Positions 1 to 7,916 of a DNA stretch of 64,000 bases are shown here, piece by piece (position 1 is the stretch's first letter; each line of letters begins with the position of its first letter). Made by a program: the position numbers and the translations under genes. The stretch comes from an uncultured Gemella sp. (GTDB lineage: Bacteria > Bacillota > Bacilli > Staphylococcales > Gemellaceae): contig NZ_CAURMG010000005.1 of assembly GCF_963525875.1 (NCBI RefSeq), positions 3,406-67,405 on the forward strand, given 5' to 3'. The notes below the pieces were generated by a model. It saw only the letters and a list, made by a program, of their open reading frames with translations. It had not been told where the DNA came from and made no database searches.

Positions 1-224
1 AATGATATATCGTTGTTTCCATATTAAAGATTCTAAAAATAAATATTTTAATAAATAATTACTTTTATTGTAACTACCCCTTTCTTTATCTTTATATCAT
101 TTTACTTCATTTTCCCATAAATTTCAACGAAAAAACATAAAAATTACGAAAATTTCATACTTACTTAATTATGGCATAATATTATGAAAAAATTAAATTA
201 ATATATTTTTTATAATTACCCCTT

Positions 225-688
225 AGTATACTCTTTTTAGAGGAATAGAAATATTGGGTTACCTTTTTTAGGGGTTGGAAATGTTGGTATATTCTTTTTA
301 GTGTCTCCAGTTTCTCCATATTGTTTTTTTAAAACTGCAAGTGTTGTTGATTATTTTGAATATACACGTTGTATTTTACGTTCTAAGCGTTCTGATTATA
401 CTTTCCCTTGTGATTATACCCCTTGACCTCTTACAAGGAGAATAAACGCTACTATATTCTCTTTTTTAGGGCCGCCGAAAGTGCCGAATACTTTTAACTT
501 TCTCGGGCTTCGCTCGGAGTTCAACTAAATATTACATCTTTTTAGGGGGGCTGAAAAGGCTGGATAGTTTTTTATTTTCTCATTTTCACTCTTTGTTCGC
601 TCTTGGTTCAACCGCTTCTAAGGATAAATAAAAAAGACACCTATTAATAGATGTCCTTTACTTTTTAGGTTCTCCCGAATGTCCTTTT
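225..688 (-). repeat. Array of short cassettes: six CTTTTT(T)AG-anchored units with 9-bp-period direct-repeat cores, plus two 11-bp-period units
   Basis: Anchors at 233, 263, 294, 461, 538 and 661. Paired cores: GTTGG 274/283, TCTCCA 304/313, GCCGAA 474/483, GGCTG 549/558, TCTCC/TGTCC 671/680. 11-bp pairs: CTCGG 502/513 and CTCTT(T/G)GTTC 589/600. The unit at 233 is degenerate. Confidence 0.75.
628..658 (-). terminator. Intrinsic terminator ending the leftward satellite operon
   Basis: Minus strand reads AAGGACATCTATTAATAGGTGTCTTTTTTATTT: a hairpin followed by a U-tract. Confidence 0.7.
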
Positions 689-762
689 TTAATATATCAC
701 CTTTGTAACCCTTTATATTATGAATTTAGAGACCTCATTTTTCTCTTGATCCTAATCAATAG

Positions 763-924
763 CTAAAAATTAAGATCTTCAAATTTATCACTCCATAAAT
801 TATTAAGCTCTTCAAGATTACGAACCCATTGTTTATCAAGTTCTTCAAAGTCAATGCTTTCATCAATCTCCTTAAGACTTTCTTCTACGTTTATTTCTTT
901 AAGCATTTTTTTCATTTCATCCAT
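763..924 (-). CDS. Small acidic hypothetical protein, 53 aa (not in ORF track)
   Basis: Hand translation MDEMKKMLKEINVEESLKEIDESIDFEELDKQWVRNLEELNNLWSDKFEDLNF*; RBS AGAAAGGA upstream. Confidence 0.7.
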   Translation of the reverse strand: MDEMKKMLKEINVEESLKEIDESIDFEELDKQWVRNLEELNNLWSDKFEDLNF

Positions 925-978
925 GTGTATTTTATCCTTTCTAAATTGCTTAAATTTTATAGCTATACAGAAGCGGTA

Positions 979-1662
979 TTATAGTTCAATAAAGTATAAA
1001 TAGCTATTGTGAAAGATTAATATGCTGTTAAGAGGTTGATTTAATTTATTAGATATTTCTTCCCAACTCTCAAGATGTATGTATCTTCTTTTGAAAATAT
1101 CTTTCGTAAGCTCATCTGTACACTGCATATTAATAATAGCTTTTAGTATGTTCTGTTTCGCTTGTTCAATCTTAATAAGTAGTCTTTTTCTTCTTCTCTC
1201 TAACTCTTCTATCTCAGATATTATATTAAGACTAAAATCAATACTAGCTTTAATACCTTGTACATTCTCCTTTGAATAGTCAACGGCTTTAATACTATTC
1301 TTATACTTTAACTTTTCTTTAAGCACTTCAATTTTTACGTTTATCAATCCTACATCTTCTGTAAGTCGTTTATATAGCTCTAACTTGTATATTTTTACTT
1401 CTTTTTCATCCTGTTTCTTTCCTAAAACTCCATTTTCTACAAGTAAATTATACATGTTAGCTTTATGCTTTTCTATCCGTTGCCTTTGCCTTTGGCTTTT
1501 AATCTCTTTTTCAAATTTGAAATAAATACTTATCAATTCTTCACGATCAGAATCGGTCAAACTTGATAAGTATTCATCTATCAACTTAATAGCTTCTACT
1601 GGTCTGCTTTCATCTTCTATGTACCAGTCTAATCGGTTACTCTCTGAAGCTGTTAACTGCAT
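979..1662 (-). CDS. Putative phage-type late transcription regulator (RinA/ArpU/DUF1492-like C-terminal sigma region-4 HTH) with N-terminal extension
   Basis: C-terminus DIFKRRYIHLESWEEISNKLN resembles the RY-x4-SWEEIA HTH of this family. Preceded by a coiled-coil and located downstream of rep/ori. Confidence 0.6.
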   Translation of the reverse strand: MQLTASESNRLDWYIEDESRPVEAIKLIDEYLSSLTDSDREELISIYFKFEKEIKSQRQRQRIEKHKANMYNLLVENGVLGKKQDEKEVKIYKLELYKRLTEDVGLINVKIEVLKEKLKYKNSIKAVDYSKENVQGIKASIDFSLNIISEIEELERRRKRLLIKIEQAKQNILKAIINMQCTDELTKDIFKRRYIHLESWEEISNKLNQPLNSILIFHNSYLYFIEL

Positions 1663-1746
1663 TTAGATAACCTTTCCTATATGTAAAGTAGTTTCTCTTT
1701 CATCAGAGAAACAAAATATAGGTATAACTCTAGTAATTTTATACAT
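1663..1746 (-). CDS. 27-aa peptide coupled to the downstream regulator (not in ORF track)
   Basis: MYKITRVIPIFCFSDERETTLHIGKVI*; strong RBS AAGGAG; the stop abuts the next start (TAAATG). Confidence 0.45.
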   Translation of the reverse strand: MYKITRVIPIFCFSDERETTLHIGKVI

Positions 1747-1774
1747 CTTCTAATCTCCTTTAATTAAATTCTAC

Positions 1775-2110
1775 TGGTAACCAAAGTAACCTTTAGGTTA
1801 CCTTTTGGGTTACCGTCCTAACTCCAATTATATCAACACTTTTAACCCTCAAGGGAGCAGGTAACCTTAACATCAATGTTATTTTATATTTACATGTGAT
1901 ACCTATATATTTTTTATATAATCTTTCTAAATATAAATATTTAGGTTACTAGGTTACCTTATAATCAATAAACCTTTATATGAAGCGGTTTTAAATGGTA
2001 ACCTAAACTGAATAATTAGGTTACTTATTCTTTTGAAAATATATCCGTTAAACGTTGCTATAATAACTTTTCTTTAAAGGTAACCCAAACAATAATCAAG
2101 GTTACCTTTA
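1775..2110. other. Putative satellite replication origin (iterons flanking an AT-rich core)
   Basis: About a dozen GGTAACC/GGTTACC-type heptamers in both orientations flank a near-pure A/T tract (~1870-1942), immediately downstream of the primase-helicase gene. This is the same layout as a SaPI ori. Confidence 0.8.
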
Positions 2111-2123
2111 ACAATCCTTAAAA

Positions 2124-4679
2124 TCATTGTATTTTCACTATACAATGTACTAAGTTATCTGGTATATTTTGACGTTCCACTGGCGGTAAATATTCAACTA
2201 ACTTCCCACGGTCTTCAACTCTAATTTTTGAACGCTCTACTTTATACTTATATCCTACTTCTTTATAAATGTTATTAAGGTGTACAGCTAGGTCTTTTCC
2301 TAAACTACTAGTGATTTTTAAATCATAATAGTTTGCTGTTAAATAATGTCTAAACATATCTTTTATTAAAGGTACTGGTACACGCTCAACTTCATGAAGT
2401 TTTTTTTCTGCATACCAATCTTTTGTAAAACTGTATAAATAATCATTGTCTTCTTTATATTCTTCTAACATTTCATCACTTGCTTTAGTAGTAGAGAACT
2501 TTTCAAAGTTTAGGTGTAAAGCCTTATATAAAATGTATTCCAGTACGATTTCATTTTTTAAATATTCTTCTTTTATACGTCTATCTTGTACTTTTCCGTT
2601 AAAATCTGCATTAAACGGAATTATTAAAAAACGTCTGTAAGCACCTTGGCTCTTATTTCTAATCTTAGGTAGCCTATTAGCACTAAAGATATTCAATAGC
2701 TTTAAAACTGCTGATATTACACTTTTACCTTTCCTATTTATTAGTATTGGATCTCCAGTAATTATACTCATTAAATTACTTATATCATCTAAATACTTGT
2801 TACTAATATCATCACCAATATTACAAACCTTACCTAATAACATCTCTAGCTTAAATTCTCCACTAAAATCTTGAGGGGTTAAGGTGCTTATATTTTCTAT
2901 ACCGATTAAATTAGTAAGCATTGCTTGAAAACTACCTTTACCGTTATTTCCCTCACCGTAAAGTATTACCATTTTCTCTCTTGTATGATTAGGGTTTACA
3001 GCTTCATTTACTATTTCCCAAAGTAATTTAACTATCTCTTCATCACCGTTTGCAATAGATAGAAACCATTTATCAACATCAAAATATGTATCTTTAATAG
3101 CTTCATAGTTCTCTATAGCATGTATATTATACTTTATAGCTAATTTCGAGGTTATAAAGTAAGTAGGATTAAATGGCTCAAGCCGTTTTCCTTTATTGTT
3201 AAAAACTCCATTATTTACTGCGATTAAGTTCTTACTTTCTAATCTAGGTAAAAATGGTAATTGAGTTTTTAAAAACTTGTAAACTTGTGTATATTTTCTA
3301 GGATCAAACCTAAATTCAAGTTTTGCAATTGCTCTATTAATATAGGCTTCTTGACCTGTATATATTCCCTCACTAAAGTTGTAACTATAGATAATAGATG
3401 TATCTTCTGTTTCTCCAGTTAACTTCATAGGTATATGCTTTTTTAACATACTGCTAATAATGTTAAAATTCATTACAGGTACTTTTTCGTTTCCGTCCTT
3501 ATCAATTTTCGTATTTTCCACTCTCCACTGTTCACCAGTAGTAAATAACCTCCAGTGAAGCTCTCCAGTGCTTAAAATAGGTTTATTTAGCTTATATCGT
3601 ACTAAATATGAAAAGTTCTTGTCTTTCTCATTCCCAACTATCTCAAATCTTTGTAACATTGAATAACTTTTCTCATTATCAAAATAATTAGGGTTATTTT
3701 GCCAACTCTTGATAGCGTGGTTTATTTTGTCTTGGTTCTCTTCGCGGTATTTTTCGGGGTCTCTTCCTATGTTTGCTAATAAGTCAGAACACTCACAAGC
3801 AACATCATAGCTTATTATGTTGAAACAAAAATCATAGGTTATTGATAACAATATCCCTAAGGCTCGGTTATAGTTGTTATCATCTTCAGTGTTGATATTT
3901 TCATAATCTAACTCTAAATACCTGTTAAACATCTTTGTATAGTCTTCATCTGAAATACTAACCCTCTTATCAACGTTATAAAAAGCGGTTTTCTTTTTCT
4001 TTTTAACCGCTTCTTGTACTGGATATGGTTCACCATGGTTTATTATAGGTTCATAATCACCACCATTTACTATTAATGGGAGCCCTTGTATTTGATTATA
4101 AGTAAAACTTGCTGGGTCGGGGTCAAGTCCTATTAAGTCAACAATACTTTTCAATGTTGCGAGGTTTTCACCCTCGTTCATTTCCCGACTAGTATCTACT
4201 ATAACCCTAAACCTTGGGTGTACTTCAGTATATGATACTGATTTATATATCATATATGAGTATTTAGACAATTTAGAGCGAATAAGCTCGTAAAATTCTT
4301 CTGTATCTACAGATAAGTATTCATAATCTAATACTGCAAGGTACTTATAAACAAAGCCTGTTTTTAACGTTGATATTTCGCCGTTAACTTTATCAAATTT
4401 ACCTATTAAAAAGTATTCCGCTTCTTTCTTTATCTCATTACATTGAGTAAGATAATGATAGTCTTCATCAGTGTATTTTAAAGTAAAGTTCACGTCTTCT
4501 GCCTTTTTAATATAATGCTGTTTACATTCTTCTACCTTTTCATCAGTTACAATAGGTAAATCAAAGTTTTTAGGTTGATATCTCGTTAAAATATCAAATG
4601 GTGTAAAATCTACTTGTATTTCTTCCCTACCTTTTTTAGCATTAAAGCCTGTTTGTTTATAAAAGTAGTATTCTCTCAA
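2124..4679 (-). CDS. Primase-SF3 helicase fusion (P4-family/D5-like Pri-Rep)
   Basis: Walker A GEGNNGKGS, Walker B-like CNIGDD, IFSANRLP and RRFLIIPF motifs. D5_N-like NLIAVNNGVFN...PFNPTYFITSKL. N-terminal primase-like PRFRVIV. TTG start with GAGGTG RBS. Confidence 0.9.
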   Translation of the reverse strand: MREYYFYKQTGFNAKKGREEIQVDFTPFDILTRYQPKNFDLPIVTDEKVEECKQHYIKKAEDVNFTLKYTDEDYHYLTQCNEIKKEAEYFLIGKFDKVNGEISTLKTGFVYKYLAVLDYEYLSVDTEEFYELIRSKLSKYSYMIYKSVSYTEVHPRFRVIVDTSREMNEGENLATLKSIVDLIGLDPDPASFTYNQIQGLPLIVNGGDYEPIINHGEPYPVQEAVKKKKKTAFYNVDKRVSISDEDYTKMFNRYLELDYENINTEDDNNYNRALGILLSITYDFCFNIISYDVACECSDLLANIGRDPEKYREENQDKINHAIKSWQNNPNYFDNEKSYSMLQRFEIVGNEKDKNFSYLVRYKLNKPILSTGELHWRLFTTGEQWRVENTKIDKDGNEKVPVMNFNIISSMLKKHIPMKLTGETEDTSIIYSYNFSEGIYTGQEAYINRAIAKLEFRFDPRKYTQVYKFLKTQLPFLPRLESKNLIAVNNGVFNNKGKRLEPFNPTYFITSKLAIKYNIHAIENYEAIKDTYFDVDKWFLSIANGDEEIVKLLWEIVNEAVNPNHTREKMVILYGEGNNGKGSFQAMLTNLIGIENISTLTPQDFSGEFKLEMLLGKVCNIGDDISNKYLDDISNLMSIITGDPILINRKGKSVISAVLKLLNIFSANRLPKIRNKSQGAYRRFLIIPFNADFNGKVQDRRIKEEYLKNEIVLEYILYKALHLNFEKFSTTKASDEMLEEYKEDNDYLYSFTKDWYAEKKLHEVERVPVPLIKDMFRHYLTANYYDLKITSSLGKDLAVHLNNIYKEVGYKYKVERSKIRVEDRGKLVEYLPPVERQNIPDNLVHCIVKIQ

Positions 4680-4680
4680 A

Positions 4681-4923
4681 TTACATCACCTCATTTTGTT
4701 CTAAACTATGAAGTAAATCGTCAACATCTTCAAAAAACACTTCTTCAAGTACTGGTATCATCTCACTAATAGATGTTACAAAGTCCTCTTTAAACTGGTC
4801 TAATAACTCAACATCATTAGGTACTTGTTCAGCATAATTCTTTAATACACTAAGGTTTATAACTGCACTTCTTACTTTGCTTTCAATCTCTTTTAGTTTT
4901 TTAATTTGGTCTTGCTTTTCCAT
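4681..4923 (-). CDS. Hypothetical satellite protein, 80 aa, acidic and helical
   Basis: ORF with CAGGAG RBS, abutting the primase start. Confidence 0.75.
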   Translation of the reverse strand: MEKQDQIKKLKEIESKVRSAVINLSVLKNYAEQVPNDVELLDQFKEDFVTSISEMIPVLEEVFFEDVDDLLHSLEQNEVM

Positions 4924-5010
4924 TGTCTTATTATCTCCTGTCTTTATTTTAAGAAGCGGTACTATAACCGCCTTTATTAATTTCTTTGATATGTGCTAGA
5001 TATCTACTTT

Positions 5011-5256
5011 TTAAATAGTGTTTTCTCTTAAAAACTTGTTTACTTCACTTTCAAGATAAATATACTGCCTACCTACTTTAGTAGGTCTTAAACCGCGTCT
5101 ATTAAGGTCTGATAAGGTTTCTAACCCTATACCTAAGTTTTCACATAGTTCTGTTTGATTGTATCGTTTATCTTGCTTTATTTCATCCTGTAAAATGTCT
5201 TTGACTATCTCACGAACCGCCTTAATCATTTCTTGTTCAAATTCTTCACTAAACAT
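5011..5256 (-). CDS. Excisionase-like winged HTH protein (81 aa from MFSEEF)
   Basis: YNQTELCENLGIGLETL...GLRPTKVGRQYIYLESEV is typical of HTH_17/Xis proteins. RBS AAAGGAG supports the start at 5256 rather than 5349. Confidence 0.7.
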   Translation of the reverse strand: MFSEEFEQEMIKAVREIVKDILQDEIKQDKRYNQTELCENLGIGLETLSDLNRRGLRPTKVGRQYIYLESEVNKFLRENTI

Positions 5257-5270
5257 ATAATCACGCTCCT

Positions 5271-5381
5271 TTAATAAATGCTGTCCATTAGCATAGCTAG
5301 TATATAAATAAATGCTGTTATGAATGGTATAAATACCACTGCACAACAAAAAGTATTAATGTATAGATCTTTGTTTTCCAT
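5271..5381 (-). CDS. 36-aa single-pass membrane peptide (not in ORF track)
   Basis: MENKDLYINTFCCAVVFIPFITAFIYILAMLMDSIY*; RBS AGAAAGGA; about 20 uninterrupted hydrophobic residues. Confidence 0.65.
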   Translation of the reverse strand: MENKDLYINTFCCAVVFIPFITAFIYILAMLMDSIY

Positions 5382-5414
5382 TTTGTTAAGTCCTTTCTTA
5401 TGATATAATGTAAG

Positions 5415-5491
5415 AAAGTATTTTTGTTAAATACTTCCTTTGAAACCTTTTAAGTAGTCTAGTTGGTAGCTTGGTACTTGAAAGGTTTTTT
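5415..5491 (+). ncRNA. Candidate ~75-nt antisense sRNA
   Basis: Extended -10 TGATATAAT at 5401-5409; hairpin AAGTATTT-ttgtt-AAATACTT (5416-5436); terminator hairpin 5443-5488 with a T-run on the + strand only. Confidence 0.5.
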
Positions 5492-5513
5492 CGAAACTTT
5501 CGTAACTTTAAAG

Positions 5514-5723
5514 TTAAAAAAAAATACTTTCTAAAGTCTCATTAGGAAAACTTTCCTTAAAGTAGTTAGTAAGTATAACTTTTTCACTATCGGAAAATCT
5601 CTGTTTACGTTCCTTTTTACAATAAGTTCCTTGAGATATATTCAAATAATTAGCCATTTCAGACTGACTTTTATTTAAAGCCTCTCTTAGCGCTTTTATT
5701 TTATTAATTTTAACCACGCTCAT
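5514..5723 (-). CDS. Cro/Str-like XRE HTH regulator (69 aa from MSVVK)
   Basis: IKALREALNKSQSEMANYLNISQGTYCKKE is an XRE HTH; RBS GAAAGGAG before the ATG at 5723; divergent from the repressor. Confidence 0.85.
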   Translation of the reverse strand: MSVVKINKIKALREALNKSQSEMANYLNISQGTYCKKERKQRFSDSEKVILTNYFKESFPNETLESIFF

Positions 5724-5752
5724 ATAATCCACTCCTTTCATAATATTTAAAA

Positions 5753-5877
5753 AGTAACTTTCGTAACCTTTTGATTAAATTTTATCACCTGTATTTTAGT
5801 TTGTCAATAACAAAAATGAATTTTTTAGTAACTTTCGTAACCTTTTTATTCCGTTTTTAGCAAATATATTGTATAAT
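5753..5877. promoter_or_regulatory. Divergent switch: two promoters and two identical 20-bp operator-like repeats
   Basis: AGTAACTTTCGTAACCTTTT at 5753-5772 and 5827-5846, with a variant at 5493-5509. Leftward TTGACA(5807-5802)-17-TAAAAT(5784-5779). Rightward TATAAT at 5872-5877. Confidence 0.75.
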
Positions 5878-5911
5878 GATAACAAGAAAAAATCCGAAGG
5901 GTGAATAATAT

Positions 5912-6802
5912 ATGAAATATAATATAAACAAACTCAAAGTAAGTGAACGTATATTTAGAATAAGAAATAGTCTAAAATTAACATTAGAGCAGTTCGGAAA
6001 ACTTGATAATTTGAATGCTTCTAAAAGTATTGTTTTACGTTGGGAAAATGGAACATCATTACCTAATCGATCAAGATTAGAAATAATTGCTAAAAAAGGA
6101 AATATTACTGTTAATGAGTTGTTATACGGTTCTATTGATGAATTCTTAGAAAACAATTTAGAAAACTTTATATTAAATAATTCTAATATTGCAACTGACT
6201 TCCTTTGTTTTGATTTTCTAGAGATTACTAAAAAATATCTTAAAAGTAAATCAAAAACAATTAATGATATATCTGACATCATTAACTTACTTGAAAAGGA
6301 CTTTGACAAAATACTAGACTATGCACTAGATGACTATATACAATCTAATTTATTTTTATTAGAGAAATATAATCATTTAGTTTTAAATATTTTAGATGAT
6401 GAACCTGCATTGAAACATGCTATTTATGATATTAGTAAAGATGATACAAGCAAATTAAGTATATATCAAAATGTATTATTAGATGAAAATATACCATATA
6501 ACTTTACTGAATTACCAAAAGACTTTGATTATTATAAGGCGTTATTAAGTATTTTAAAAGGTGATAATATTAGCAATAAATACCAAATTCTCCCTTTTTT
6601 CACTGACTTAATAGACACTATAAAATACCGATTAAGGTTAACTTACAGTAATGATAAAATGTATCAAGAAATACAGGATACTATTGAAAAGGTATTAGAA
6701 AATAATGGTGTATTTGAAATACCTTATAAAGAAGCGGTAATAAATAACTTAACTACTGCAATTATAGACAAAGTAATAGAAATAACTGAAGCTAACAATT
6801 AA
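5912..6802 (+). CDS. Stl/CI-like master repressor (N-terminal XRE HTH, large C-terminal domain)
   Basis: ERIFRIRNSLKLTLEQFG...SIVLRWENGTSLPN...VNELLYG; divergent from the Cro-like gene; no obvious S24 peptidase motif seen. Confidence 0.85.
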   Translation: MKYNINKLKVSERIFRIRNSLKLTLEQFGKLDNLNASKSIVLRWENGTSLPNRSRLEIIAKKGNITVNELLYGSIDEFLENNLENFILNNSNIATDFLCFDFLEITKKYLKSKSKTINDISDIINLLEKDFDKILDYALDDYIQSNLFLLEKYNHLVLNILDDEPALKHAIYDISKDDTSKLSIYQNVLLDENIPYNFTELPKDFDYYKALLSILKGDNISNKYQILPFFTDLIDTIKYRLRLTYSNDKMYQEIQDTIEKVLENNGVFEIPYKEAVINNLTTAIIDKVIEITEANN

Positions 6803-6869
6803 TAGTTAGAAGTTTCCCTTATTACTTAAATAAGATATTTCTTAAAACAAAAGAAAGGAACTAACTACT

Positions 6870-7916
6870 ATGAAAGATATAATCGGAACTGATGTTCTTA
6901 TATTACATTATATTAATAAAAATAGCCGTGCTTCTGAACTTAACCAAAACTTTTGGAAAGAAAAATACTATAACGATAATGAAAAATCATTACAAAGACT
7001 TTTAGACGGTGGATATATTGAGTATAGAGAAGATTGCTTCACTTCCTTAAATAAATTAAAGGTAGACGAACTAAAAAATATACTTCAATTAGAAGATTTA
7101 AAGACTACTGGAAGAAAAACAGAATTAATAGAACGTATAATAAATATCGCTTCTTTAAACAATTATCAAGAATTCATAAAAAAAGAACGTGTTATAACTT
7201 CTAAAGGTTCTAAAATAGTAAATAGTACTGATTTTGTATATTTGTTACATAATTACAATGTAGGTTATCCATGTGATGTATATAACTGTTACTTATCGAA
7301 TAAAGAACTAAATAAGGTGGATCTAGTTATAAAATTTATTGAAAGTAAATGTACTTTCGAAAGAGAAATATACACAAATTCTAATCATGCTTTTATCTAC
7401 AGTCAACTCGCAGAAGTATTAATAAAGTATAGTGATGAAAATAAAGCCTTATATTATTTGTTAAAAAGTTGTTTTGAGTACCTTTCTAATGAATTGCTAG
7501 ACTATTCAACAAATACTTTAAAATCTTTCAAAGAACAAGTAAACGGAATAGATTTTTATGCTAATAAAATTAAAATTTTATTACAAGCCAATTCTGATTT
7601 AAAGAATAATTTAACTTTATACTATCAAGAGCTAACAAACCTATATACATTACACTATTTCACTAATGAAGAAATAGAAAGCCTGATTACTGCTTTTGCT
7701 TTAAAAAACTCTCATGGGGTTGATAGTATCATAAATAGAATTTACAAAAGGAATAAAGAACAAGGAAAATTAAAAAATCCTTATGAAGAGTTAGACAAAA
7801 ACTTAGAATTATACAGACAAAAAAAAGAAGAAAAATTATTATTAGAGAATAAAAATAAAGAAAAGAAAAAAGGTTTCTTTAATTCTTTAATGAATTTCAT
7901 TTTAAAAGAAAAGTGA
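6870..7916 (+). CDS. SAP-domain-containing accessory protein
   Basis: LNKLKVDELKNILQLEDLKTTGRKTELIERI matches the SAP motif; sits in the cargo slot between repressor and integrase. Confidence 0.7.
   Translation: MKDIIGTDVLILHYINKNSRASELNQNFWKEKYYNDNEKSLQRLLDGGYIEYREDCFTSLNKLKVDELKNILQLEDLKTTGRKTELIERIINIASLNNYQEFIKKERVITSKGSKIVNSTDFVYLLHNYNVGYPCDVYNCYLSNKELNKVDLVIKFIESKCTFEREIYTNSNHAFIYSQLAEVLIKYSDENKALYYLLKSCFEYLSNELLDYSTNTLKSFKEQVNGIDFYANKIKILLQANSDLKNNLTLYYQELTNLYTLHYFTNEEIESLITAFALKNSHGVDSIINRIYKRNKEQGKLKNPYEELDKNLELYRQKKEEKLLLENKNKEKKKGFFNSLMNFILKEK

Noticed and set aside
1..110. Possible minus-strand gene starting near the left edge (RBS-like AAAGGGG, extended -10, ATG at 22)
   Set aside because: No start codon at a sensible distance from the RBS and only 7 codons are visible; cannot be supported.
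225..688. CRISPR array interpretation of the left-end cassettes
   Set aside because: The constant part is only 8-9 bp, spacing is irregular, the variable parts are internally repetitive, and there are no cas genes in the window.
5257..5349. N-terminal 31 aa of the ORF-track 112-aa protein
   Set aside because: A better RBS lies before ATG 5256, and the region is occupied by the 36-aa peptide ORF in another frame.
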